DNA from: Takakia lepidozioides
Lineage: Eukaryota > Plantae > Bryophyta
Assembly (NCBI GenBank): GCA_030704615.1
Contig: CM060734.1
Coordinates: forward strand, 28,644,001-28,708,000
Direction of reading: 5' to 3'
DNA length: 64,000 bases
Below are positions 37,942 to 49,950 of the stretch, one piece after another. The stretch's first letter is position 1, and each line of letters begins with the position of its first letter. The position numbers and the translations under genes are program-made. A model generated the notes under the pieces. It had not been told where the DNA came from and ran no database searches. It saw only the letters and a program-made list of their open reading frames with translations.

Positions 37942-40900
37942 TCAATGATTTCTGGAATCCCTAAGGAGGAGTTTGTGCAGCTCGTTCACGCTCAACGCCG
38001 GTGCATGGATAAAGTCATCAATAGTCACGTTCATCCTCAACCTCTTCAGGTAAATGTAATACAGATGCTTGCACGGATAATACTTCGAACCCTTCTTTGC
38101 TTCCATCAACGAGAAGTCCGTACAATTGCAAGTCGGCTCCACTCCAATCGTAATTGTGTATACATCGTCGCGTACAGCTGAGCCTGCCGTTGCCATCCGA
38201 TACACACGCCCAAGGCCGGGTGGGGGTACGTCCACGGAGCTCTGAATAGTGCAAGCCATCCCAAGAGCATTGGCAATCCGAGTCTCATTCAACTTGTTGG
38301 GAGGGTATCGTCTCTTCACTCTTCCGAATCGCATTGTGGGATGTGCAGAATTGTCCAATCCGTCTCTACTGGACCGAGCAGTCTGCAATGGCTGGGTCTG
38401 AGGAACCGGAAATGCGTGGGCCGGGATGTCTGTGCGTTGCACCATTCGAAATCCTGCTGCAGATAGAGCATCCGCCTCATTCTGAGAGAGGCTGCAACCC
38501 GGTGCAACAGGCTAGACGCCCGGAGGCTCCGGCATTCCCTGAATCCCGTACTTGGGCTTGCCAAATACACAGGTCATTATGTCGTGCCTACAGAACCAAA
38601 ATGTCTGCGTTGTGGCGTGAGCAAATGTGGGAGTCAAAAATCAGCCGCTGAAACAAGGTGCAGGTACAGCACCGTGTGGGTTCCTCCGAATCATCTCACC
38701 ACAGCGTGCTCTCGTATTCACCCGGATGGCGCAGCACTTCCCTCGAAATGACGGCAATGTCCTCGCAATTCTCCACTGTGACTCCGACACTCTTGTCTCC
38801 ACAATGGGAATGTTGTACTGCTTTACTACAGATGGCTCGTTATGTTGCCGGGGCACGCGCCCTGTGCTCAAAGGAGATGGCGATCTTAAACGTATAGGAC
38901 TTGCGGTGCTCGACGAGACCTCCTCGGGCAACATCACCGGACCACGAGGGAGCGTGCAAATATTCTTGTCAGCTCGCCATGAATCCTCTTCTCTGCCAGG
39001 TGCCTCGTCAAGTCTTCGTCTCACTGGACGGGTATGAACATCTCCTTCCAAATGTTGGCCTCTTCACAGCAATGGCGTGTCCCAAAGGCCCTCTCGCAAG
39101 GCCGCCGCCCACTTCCGAGGATTCTTCAATCTAGAGGTAGTCCGCATCAGCATTTCCTGCCTGTCCGGCCCCAAGCCCCACTGTTTCCCTTTCAAGAACT
39201 CGTTGTACCTGCATTGCTGCATAATTGACCTCACAATGTCCTCCGTTGTGGCAGTGAGGATGTCCACCAGATGCGCCGCAGAGGAGGCACACCAGGAAGA
39301 GTGCACTGATTTGGCCATGTTTGTCGTGGGCATGTAGGTGTCGGAGTCGAGACACATTTCCTGCACAAGCACATGTTGAGGTTACAAGCAAGTTACAAAT
39401 ATGGCCAAGAATAATATTCAACGGGACGCGAATTCGTGCAACTCACCTCCCGCATATAGTCGCCGAACTGGAGGAAACAATAATGCCACCATGCTAGCCA
39501 ACTGACCATTGCTCCCTCGTCTGATTTCCTTACAGCACCTGACGATGTCCACCAAGCCCGTATACATGCAAACTGTGTCTCTGCATCATCCAAGGTGGGA
39601 GCGCGCTTCCACGCAAGGCACATGGAACGGTGCTCCTCTCTGAAATCTGCCGCCACGAGCCTGGTCGTGTACTGCGAAAGGCTCTGCAGAAAATGGAACC
39701 CACAAGATCTCTCCTTGCCTTCCATGGGAACATTGGGGTCTTGCCCGTACACCCTTCGGATGGCAGCCCAATTTGCTTGTGCGTTGTCCGCCATGAAACC
39801 ACGGAAATTGGGAGGGGGCAATCCCGCCTTGGCCATCTGTTCGTTTATTCCCTGCCAAAGAAGCATCTCCGATTGTGTGTCCTCTCCTTTCATCTCACAA
39901 ATAGCAATTGTCATTAGCATCCTGCAGTGGGTGTCGTAGACATGTGCACCCATTGTCACCCACTGATGATTTGTAATTCGCTTGATATGGTCGAACATGA
40001 CCCAACTGTTTGACAAGTCCCCACTCGTCATCCTGTCGACCAGTTCGACGCCGCTGCCAGGTCCACACGTGGACATTTTGAATACGAAACAACGATCTGC
40101 CTCAGTCCCTTGTCCTGGAAACCTACTTCCATGAATGTAGTCATATCCAACCTCCAGAATGGAGTGCATATCCGAGCCACGCCCAATTTTCTGTTTGCAT
40201 GAGACAATGTGGTTTCGGACATTCGGTGAACATACGTGGGACACCGACTCCAGCAATGCCTCCATTTCCTTCTCATCGAGAGGAACTCTATCGGAGCCGT
40301 CTTCTGACATAATTCTGGCCAATGCCATCTTATGGGCGGCTTGGAGCTGTATCTGTTTGGGTTTGGCACCCGGTCTCAACTTAACCTCCTCCTGAACGAG
40401 CTGCTCTGCCTCGTGGGCAGCCTCCCGCGAGTTCCCCCTCGCCAATTTGTGACAATGGGAACCAACGTGTATGCAAGCTCGGGTGAGGTCAGGGAAACGG
40501 TGCAACACATAGAACTGCTTGGCATTACAAACAGACATGCAGTGTGGTGGTTCTTTGCTATGCGCACACTTAAATGTGGAGTTCGGAACCTTCTCCTGAG
40601 CTTGAAATGGTTGATGAGCTGTGCCTGTCCAATCGGTCTCGTTCCTGTGACCTCTGGATTTAAAGTGGAAGCAAGTTGGGGAGAAACACCGCAACGCGCC
40701 TGCACAAACAACGTAGCGCACCCGCACACCATCGAGCATCTTTATGCTGGTGGTTTTGGTAACGCACCAAGGATGACCGTCATGTTTTCTATCCATATCT
40801 GTCAACATTCCGGACGCCCTCGAGTAGTCCGCCCGAGGAGGGAACTCAAAGAAGATATTATCGTCGACGTCGGCGGGAAGGCATGTAACCGATTTAATTG

Positions 40901-40990
40901 CGAACTTGCTGTAGTCCAGCCCGGCCAGCTCCCCGAATGAAGTCGCCTCGGGCGTAGAGGCCGGCACGTGTTCGACAGAGAGCATCCCCT
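37942..40990 (-). pseudogene. MULE transposase copy B (N-terminus apparently deleted)
   Basis: Collinear with copy A: DRKHDGHPWC, WVMFDH, FMADN, CGFHF, TTNMAKS, SWIM CNCTDF...PCKH; intron 39361-39446 at the same position; frameshifts. Confidence 0.88.
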
Positions 40991-40995
40991 GGATT

Positions 40996-41536
40996 GAGAT
41001 TCGGCGCCGAATTTCCATCCAGCAGGTAAGTGGAATCCCGGATGGATGGAAATCCGGCGCCGAATTTCCATCCAGCAGGTAATTCGAATCCCGGATGAAT
41101 GGAAATCAGGCGCCGAATTTCCATCCATCCGGGACTCCACTTACTTGCGGGATGGAAATTCGGCGCCGGATTTCCATCCATCCGCTTCGGAATTACCTGT
41201 GTCAGGGAAATTTGGCGCGCCGCCCTACCTGCGCGGATGGAAATCCGGCGTCGGATTTCCATCCATCCGCTTCTGAATTACCTGCGTGAGGGAAATTTGG
41301 CGCGCCGCCCTACCTTCGCGGATGGAAATCCGGCGCCGGATTTCCATCCATCCGCTTCCGAATTACCTGCGTGAGGGAAATTTCGCGCGCCGCCCTACCT
41401 TGCAGGATGGAAATTCGGCGCTGAATTTCCATCCTGCTGCGCTCCGAATTACCTGCAGGATGGAAATCCGGCGCCGGATTTCCATTCTGCAGCGCTCCGA
41501 ATTACCTCTACGTTGGAAATTCCGGGCCGAGTTCCG
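40996..41536. repeat. array of palindromes GAAATYCGGCGCCGRATTTC at 53/85-bp spacing
   Basis: Starts at 40996, 41049, 41102, 41155, 41240, 41325, 41410, 41463 and 41516. Confidence 0.93.
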
Positions 41537-41743
41537 TCGATTTTCATCCGACATGGAGGGCTTCATCCGACATTTAATTGCGCAATTGGGCAATAAATGT
41601 CCACCGCCATCCGTTTTCATTCGGGCTGGCGACACATGGCTTCCTGGATACGTACCCTAAATCTGATGCTAATCTTGGCTTAACATGCTATTCGAGGCAT
41701 GTACCCCAGAAACGGAGATCTTTTTCCATTTTGGCTGGGACTT

Positions 41744-44700
41744 ATGCCGCCTGAAGGGCGTGGCTCTCCTGAGAGAGACCTCACATCCAGACCGCGGCGG
41801 AAGTTGAAAGCTCTGTACTACGGACGACGGCCGATCTCTCGCATGGCCAAACTGAAGCTCCAGCAGGAGATTCCAGTGTCTTGCTCACAACCCGCGCCAA
41901 CTGAAGCCGAGTACTCTCAGGCAATCCACTTCTGCTTTCGCTTTGTTCGATTTCTTTTTTGCTTTCGCTTTGTTGCCTCGCTTTGTTTTTGCATCTTCAT
42001 CCTGGCTTCGCTGGATGAGTGAACTTTAGATAGTTGAGTGAACCTTAGATTGTTTGCAATGCGTGTGCAAATCCGGCAGCTCTGGAGAAGGCTGCTTGTG
42101 CATGTCATTCTCAGGCAATGGTTGCATTTGTTTTCATTGTTGTTGCATGGCTCTCCATACTTCCTAAACTTGTTATGTTTTCATTTTTGTTACACGATTG
42201 TTGCTATGGTGGTTGCGCTGCTCGTTGCGATGCTGGTTTAGGGACCGATGTTGGTTTTCACGATTTTTGGGAATGACAGAGTGACGACGAGCCCGGCACG
42301 CTGGTGGTATCATCGACAGCTCCAACTCATCGCATGTTTGAATCGCCCAACTTGGGGCGAGAGGGAAAACTTAAACCTTTTGTTGGTGGACGGGAGGACT
42401 TGCAACGAGAGTACGACAGAATAGGCATTGGGGAGGTTGGTGCAGGCGGCATGGCAGGTGAAGGGCGTGAGGACATGAGGACAGCAGATCCGGCAATGGA
42501 GGTTGTTCATGCACATGCAGTAGGGCCCGCCCACGCAAAGAAAAAGAAGAAAGCTAAGCACATGCAACCCCCGGCGAGAGAACCGTCACGGGCTGCGGAG
42601 GGGGGAGTGAGCAGTGCGCGCGAGGGTGTCAGTTCGCCTCAATCAAAGGTGGTCGTCCTATAGGGCTTCCCTGCTGCTAGCCCTAGTAAGAAACCGAAAG
42701 CCCGTGAGAGGGCAAAAGAGAGGGCAAAAGAACAGACGAGACAAAATGCTAGCCAAGAGGAAAGAGAAAAGGCCACTGAAGAGGCCAGGGGTGCCCAAAT
42801 GACAGATGCCAATGTAAGCGAGGGACGCACAGAGACGGTGGATCCCTCCAAGACACCACAGAGAGGCAGTAACACACCGGTTAGACCATCGCGGGCAAGA
42901 GCAGCCCCTACAATTACCCATACGGTGGAGAGTGGAGGAGAGGAAAGAACACCAGAAAGAGCACGGATTGTGCAAGTTCGAGGCGAAGCCAGGGAGAGGG
43001 TAGTAGAGACGGGGAGAGTGCTGGAGGTGGTTTCGTAGGTGGCTGACCCTGTTGAGGAGGACGACAGGGAGCTTTCTGACCAGGATGACATCCTCCCGGA
43101 CATCCCCAGGCCCCAAACCCGGAGCATACAGGCTGGATTTGGCGGTCCTGGTGGGCTGCCAGAAAACCCCTCTGCAACAGACGTCATGTCCGAGGCGGAT
43201 ATGAAGTTGGCCGCTGCCAAGATGTTGGAGGCAACCCACAGCAACATTGGCAGGGTGCTGGGGGGCATGGTGTACCCGGTCAAGCTTTGAATTCCCCTTT
43301 GCCGCTTGGTGTCATTGCAGGTGGTGAGACCTACCCTCCCAGGCGATATCGACAAGCTGAAATTCTCTTTCCGGGATGGATATCAAATGGGGTCTGCCGC
43401 GTTTTACGTTTCCATTGAGAACGACCACGGAGCTTCCCGTGCCCACACTTCCGATGAGGTGGACAAATGGGGTCCCCATTGGCAAACGCGAAATGAGGAG
43501 TTCGAGAGATCGATTGCTAGTGATCCTCTTTTCCAACACTTGTCCGGTAAGATGTTCTACGTGTGGGACGGCAATCATCGCCTCCTGGCATGGATGGAGC
43601 ACATTGCCCAAGCCCACCCCAACGACCTCGATTGGCATTTCGCCGTGGATTGTGTTGTGCTGAAGGTTGCGGGGCCCAAAGATCGCAGTCTTCTCAAAGC
43701 TGCAATGGCCGACATCAACTCGTAAGCTACAACGCCTCTCGCTTTTGGACTTTGAATTTGGAAGTCATTTCATTGCGAATCCTCATATATGATGAAAATT
43801 CCCAATTCAGTATTGTTTGATGGAAATGTGGCACTGCAGGATGACTGAGAATGCCTTCATTGCCACCAACTTGTCCCATATGCTCTTTCGAGTGAAGGAT
43901 GTCGGGAAGCAGGGGGTGCAAGATTTTGCCAATTCCCTCAGTGCCGACCTCCTGCGCAAGTCAGAGGCAAAGGCAGACAGAACCTGGTATAGGCTGAGCG
44001 TCGACGCCATGGTGGACTACATATTTTGGGTAAAGCTCCTGACAGTTTTGTTGAGCTAATCTGTCTCTCCTCCCCCAATAGAAGAAATTGTGTTGAGCAG
44101 GATCTCTAATGTTATGTGCGCATTCTTGACAGACGAAAATACAGCAGGATTTGGCACATGCGCGGAGGTTCTACATGGAGTCAGAGGAGAAGAATCCAAC
44201 CCTCCCGGAACTCGAATCGTATGTCAAAGCTGCGGAGGTGAGGGCCCGCATAAAGTACAAGTCGCGGATGGTAAAGTACGTGGCCATAGCTGATCCCGCC
44301 CTTGGTGCCGACTTTCTGGTGGAGGTGGGGAAGCACTACTCTCGCGCTCTGAAGCCCACGATGACATTGGAGAAGCTCCATTGTCTAGCCACATCCTGTG
44401 TGGATGCAACAGAAAAGGTGATACATTCTTAACCAAATTGTGGTGGCAACAACTCCTTTTTGTGGTGTTTGGCGCTTACGAATATGCTGGGTGGTTGGAC
44501 AGACCCGGTGGCTCCAAATCTGGAATGGTTCCCAAAGTACCAGGGACATGTGGAGCTTCCCCAAACCGGACAAACTCTCTGACCCCATATTCGACATGTG
44601 GATGAACCGCATGACATGGTGGTTTCAGGTACTTCCCCACGCTTCGTTTGGGGCTTCTACTCTAGTAGGGGGTGGATTCATTGTATTTTTTCAGGAAAGC

Positions 44701-47700
44701 GATCTGATGGAGAATCTCCACAGGTGACGACGAATGCGCAAGAGCAGCTGGACACACAAGCACATCAGTTCAAGATGGAGATATCTCATGCAGCAGAGAG
44801 CCTACGTGACTATGTGACGAGGTACTTTCTACTCTACAAAACCAACCTATTCTTTCGGGAGATAGCAGATGCTCGCCGGAGCCACGAGTTCACCAACCAG
44901 CCGAATGCGGACAAAGCAGCAATGCGCCTTCTATATAGGTACATACGCGCTGCCTTTCTTTCAAGTCCTTGCATTTCAGGATGTTAGAAGCCTCATGTGG
45001 TGTTAGGGAAAATGGCGCCGAATTTCCAGCCAGGGCTCCGAAAATGGCTAAGTCCCTAGACTGGCTGGCCCTGAACTGGAAATTCGGCGCCATTTTCCAG
45101 TTGTAGGCCCTATTGCCGTTCAGGGACTTAGCCATTTTCGGGCTAAGTCCCTAGACTGGCTGGCCTTGAACTGGAAATTCTGCGCCATTTTCCAGTTGTA
45201 GGCCCTATTGCCGTTCAGGGACTTAGCCATTTTCGGGCTAAGTCCCTAGGGTGGCTGGCCCCGAAGTGGAAATTTGGCGCCATTTTCCAGTTGTAGGCCC
45301 TATTGCCGTTCAGGGACTTAGCCATTTTCGGGCTAAGTCCCTAGACTGGCTGGCCCCGAACTGGAAATTCGGCGCCATTTTCCAGTTCTAGGCCCTATTG
45401 CTGTTCAGGGACTTAGCCATTTTCGGGCTAAGTCCCTAGGGTGGCTGGCCCCGAAGTGGAAATTCGGCGCCATTTTCCAGTTCTAGGCCCTATTGCCGTT
45501 CAAGGACTTAGCCATTTTCGGGCTAAGTCCCTAGGGTGGCTGGCCCTGAACTGGAAATTCGGCGCCATTTTTCCAGTTCTAGGCCCTATTGCGGTTCTGG
45601 GACTTAGCCATCTTCGGGCCAAACCGGGACAAATGGCGCCGAATTTCCAGTTCAGGGCTCCCAAGATGGCTAAGTCCCTAGGGTGGCAGTCACCGAAAAC
45701 CGAAATTCGGTGCCATTTTTCCATTTCTAGGCCCACTCACATCCGCCCCAACCTGGGAAAATGGTGCCGAATATGCATTTCAGGGACCTCATTGTGTTTT
45801 TCATGAATGCAGGTACTGCAAGTTCTCCCTTTTGGAGAAAGGTCATCTGTCTTTCGAGCCACCGTTCTTCCTGGCATGGAGGAACCCTGGTGCTGACTCC
45901 ATGTACACTGACGATATTGTGAAGGAGTGGCATCTGGAACATTTGCGTGATTGCCCTTGGTATGTGGACCTTCCGCCCAACTCGCTCGACCCATCCGAGT
46001 TTCAATTGAAGCTGGATGCTGAATTCCGACGAAACCGGGCTCCGCTGCCTCCGTTGGGTGCAAAAGAGGCAAAAGCGCTTGCGAAATCCAGGAAAGCGGC
46101 AGAGCTTGCTCAGGCAGGAATTCAGGAGAAATTGCATGAGAAGAGTAAAGGCCAAAGGAAAAGGACAAGGAAACAGGTGAGTGCAGTAACACCCAAAAAG
46201 AAGAAAACCATCGGGGCATCGGAGGAGGCGCAGGAGGGGACCCAAGAGAGTGACTCAGACGACAACTTTGTTCAAGGTCTTGCAACTGCTGTTGCTCCTA
46301 CCCAGTCACCGGTCGTCCGGGTTCCCAAGTCAGTTCGGAGTGGGACTGGCTCTGCCAAGAAGTTGGCATTTGAGGGCGAGCCTACACGGCGGTATTCGGC
46401 GGTGACGTTTACGCACAGGCCAAAGCTAGAACCTCCAACCATCATCCAATGCGTCAATGAGAGCTTCCTTGACGCTCTCGCTGCCAGGGCGAAGAAGGTG
46501 GCACACAGCAAGTCTCTGGCGGAGCAGAAGGGGAAAGCCAAGAAGAGGGCTGCCGGTACAGAGCCTAAAGACACCCCTGGTTTTGAAGCCATGATGGAAT
46601 TCTTCACGGTTGTGAGCACGAATTGCAAGAGCACTCGGGGGGGGGGGGGTTGAGGTGGAGAGAGCTTGCGACATGATTCTCCTCGACATTCCAGATGGGT
46701 AGCTGGTGGAGGGCCTGGATGGTGTGCCCACCTGGAACAGGTTTACTGAGGACTACTGGAAAGCCGGGTTTGGGCTGGCGGGGATGCTTCTGGATGACGG
46801 TGGATGTGTGGTTGTCCTTGCCACAAGAGGGAAGACCACAGAGAATGCGGTGGCAAGGTGGACACCGAAAAGTGTCACCCCGGTCCTCCTCAGAAAATGG
46901 TTCTGCATCAGTACACAAGGGTTGCGAATAGAGGGCCAAAGTGTAAGTTATCAATCTATTGCATTCATTTCATATTGTGGTGTATGTTAAGTAGACCCTG
47001 GAGTTGATCCCTTCTTTGTTGGATGTGCAGACATTGGTGTTTGAGGCATATTGCTTTGTGAAGAGAGGGTCTACGTTCAAATTCCGCAATGACGGTCGTC
47101 TTGTTGATGCCGCTGTGGACCCTGTAACCTACGATGTCCTCTACAACTATGTGCCCCACTCCAGTATGCCGAAGGACACAAAGACAGGCAAACCGTGGCG
47201 GTACAGCCGGACCCGGAGCCCTGCTTTCATCCAAACCCTCATGGAGACGTGCTCGGATGTCCAAGGGCGGATTCTGGACCTCACATGCGGCACGGGTAAG
47301 CCTTCACGTGCTCAATTTGTCCCCTGGCCCGATTGCAATTGCATGCCGCAAGCTATTAACCGCCCGCTTTGTTCCTCAGGTGCTTCAATGTGGGCAGGGA
47401 CGTTGTCCGACAGGCATGTGTTCGCCTTCGAGCCAGATACTGCCCTCCACAACTCGGAACTTGCAGCGGCTGAACGTCTGCCGAAAGAGGAAGAGGCATC
47501 CTCAGAGGATGAGGAAAAATCCGAGAAGGAGCAGGGGGAGGAAGTTGGGATCGAGGCCGAGGAGCCCCCGGTTTACGAGTGAGTGGTGGCATTGTAAGTT
47601 GCCTCCAGATTTCGTGAGGCACCTCCCTCCGCTCTCTTATTTCATTGAAAACCCTTTCTGGTTGTGCTGGTATTGACATTCTTGAAGTGGATTTGTTCTT

Positions 47701-48167
47701 ACTGTAGGATGCCAAGTACTGCCGGAGGGACGTCTACACCGGAGTTCATGGGCAGGAGGAACGTGCCTTTTTTTGCCAGGGGGGATTTCATGCCTAGTCC
47801 AGAAAGGGAGTACATCCTTCCTACTTATGCTGCCCGGCTTGCTTCGGTGTCCATTAGGAGGTGTTCCGAACGTAGTCGTGTACAGCAGATTTTAGACGAG
47901 GCAAGCCTCAAGAAAATGAAGATGAGGGAGGAGGCAACAGCTATTAGAGCCCGTCGGGCTCGTAGATTTGTCTTGGATTCTGCTGAGGAAAGTGGGGGAG
48001 AAGACGCAGAAGATTCCCAGGAGGTGAGGTGGACAGTCCCCCAAGGAGAGGACGGGATTTTTGAGAGGCATAGTGGAACTGATGCATCACAGAGCTCGGA
48101 GGATGAGGGGGATGAGGGGGATGAGGAAGAAGGTGGGGCAAGTTCCTCGGAGGGTGTAGGAGAGTAG
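41744..48167 (+). pseudogene. multi-exon ParB/Srx-like plus amino-DNA-methyltransferase-like gene (MULE B)
   Basis: VRPTLPGDIDKLKFSFRDG...FYVWDGNHRLLAW; CDMILLDIPDG; RSPAFIQTLMETC..GRILDLTCGTG|ASMWAG..RHVFAFEPD; exon-by-exon homology to copy A; stops at 42661, 43036 and about 46700; frameshift at the G-run near 46640. Confidence 0.82.
45008..45780. repeat. intronic 95-bp tandem repeat (6+ units) bounded by inverted copies
   Basis: GAAATTCGGCGCCATTTT starts at 45079, 45174, 45269, 45364, 45459 and 45554, inside intron 44939-45812. Confidence 0.93.
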
Positions 48168-48397
48168 TGCCCATTCCAGCTATGACAGTTAGAACACACT
48201 TGTATAGACGTGGCTTGCCACAAAATTTGCAATAAAATGTTGCATTTCAAGTCCACTGGTGCCACATTCCAACTTCACATGACCCTATTTCCGTGCCTCC
48301 TAACCCTATTTCCGTGGACTCACAATGGTCTGCTCATGCTTTTTTTTTTTCCGCTCATGCTCATGCCGCTCATGAAATAGCAGCCCACGTTGAAGGG

Positions 48398-49950
48398 CAT
48401 AATCATAGCCCAATTGTACTCAAGTGCAGCATGAGTAGTAGGTGGGTTAAAAGAAACATCCCCCCAAACCTCAGATTGCTACAGTGCCATGGTATCAACA
48501 GTGTCAACCTGCTGTGGTTGTTGTGATATTGGTGCCAATGTCCCTCCTGATGTTGGCAAGTCCTACACCTCCTGTGATGAAGATTGGAAAATCAGAGTCC
48601 TTGCGTGCAAGTAAGTGGCCACCAACTGTTCCTCAGGAACAAACACCATTTTGTCAATGTTGGAGCTCAGGTCATCCACTTGAGTCTGCAACCCTTCCAC
48701 ATCCTCCTGCAACTCAGCTATCCGACTATAGACATTGTCTATAGTGGTTGTGGCAATGTTCTGCACCCGTAGCCTGAGATCATTCATCTCCTCTTGGGTG
48801 AGCTTCTTTGGTGCCTTTCTCTCCACTGGCCCTTGTGTTAACCACTTTTGCAGAAGATGATTATCCACCAAGTCCTGGGTAGCACGACGGAGATCCTGCT
48901 CCTCCTTGAGTCTATATGTTTCCAACTGCTGTTGTAAACTCTCCATGCGCTTTGCATGAGGTTCAACCAGAGCTGCATAGGTAGCAGACAGATTATTGGC
49001 TTCCTTCCAGGCCTTGTTAGCCACAAAAAGCTCATTCTTTCATGCTGTGAGTGTTTGCTGCAACTCAAGGATCTACCTGTCCTTCTGGGCATCCCTCTTA
49101 CTGTACTGTTGGAAGGTATTCTCATTGCGACAGATAGTAGCTTTCAAGTCAGCAATGAGTTTCACCTGCTCTACTGACTCAGTCTCCACCATTAAACATC
49201 TCTCAGCTTGATTCTTAACTTCTAATGCAGTCAGTTCCAGAGTAGTTGTTAGTGTGGCACACTGGATGGTCATTTTCTGATGGACTGCTTCCAACTCTGT
49301 ATGAAGCAACTTCACTTCCTGCAACTTGCCCTCATGATTCACCTGTAACTGGTGTAGCTGTTGCTTATGTTCTTCATGCAATTTTTCCTGCTCCAGACCT
49401 GCTTCAATCAAGTTTTCGTTCGCAAGCTGCAGAGCAGATTTAGTATCCTCCAACTTTTTCTGCAACTCGAGGTTGGCCTCCACATCCACTTTGTTGGCAC
49501 ACTCAGTGGCAATTCTTGCCTCAAACTCTTGCTTGAGCTCCTCCCTCAATGCTGCCAATTGTGTGGAAGGAACATGGGACTTCACATAGGTGCCCAATAG
49601 GTTGAGAGTCATGCTTATGGAACTCATAAGCATGGCCTGCTATGGGTCTTCATGGAGAACTTGCTGTTGTTCTTCCTGATTCTCCACAGTTTGATGTTTC
49701 ACAAACCAGTCAGGCCATGATCCTACAGGATCTTCTTCCTGAGCAATCTCATCCGCCACAGTTGCTGCAGTACCCTTGCCCTTCACCCCTTTAATTTCTG
49801 CCATAGGCTTGGGCATAGCCTGCACAACAGGGATTCCCTTGGGCCGACTCTGCATCTGTGGTACTATTGGTTTGTCGACCATGCCAGTGTTTTCATAGAG
49901 AAGGTGACCCTTCTCAATTTCTGCCACTACTTGCTCTGTAGTGGGAATGT
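48398..49950 (-). pseudogene. coiled-coil-rich accessory ORF downstream of Gypsy pol
   Basis: E/Q/K/L-rich ORFs 49073-49633 and 48563-49024; continues across MULE B. Confidence 0.55.

Larger units (their letters stand above)
37235..48388. mobile_element. MULE copy B, 11,154 bp: transposase, ParB-MTase gene and palindrome arrays
   Basis: Perfect 9-bp TSD GTTGAAGGG (37226-37234 and 48389-48397); imperfect TIR GAGGTTTGCTATTTCATGAGC / GTGGGCTGCTATTTCATGAGC; opposite orientation to copy A. Confidence 0.95.
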
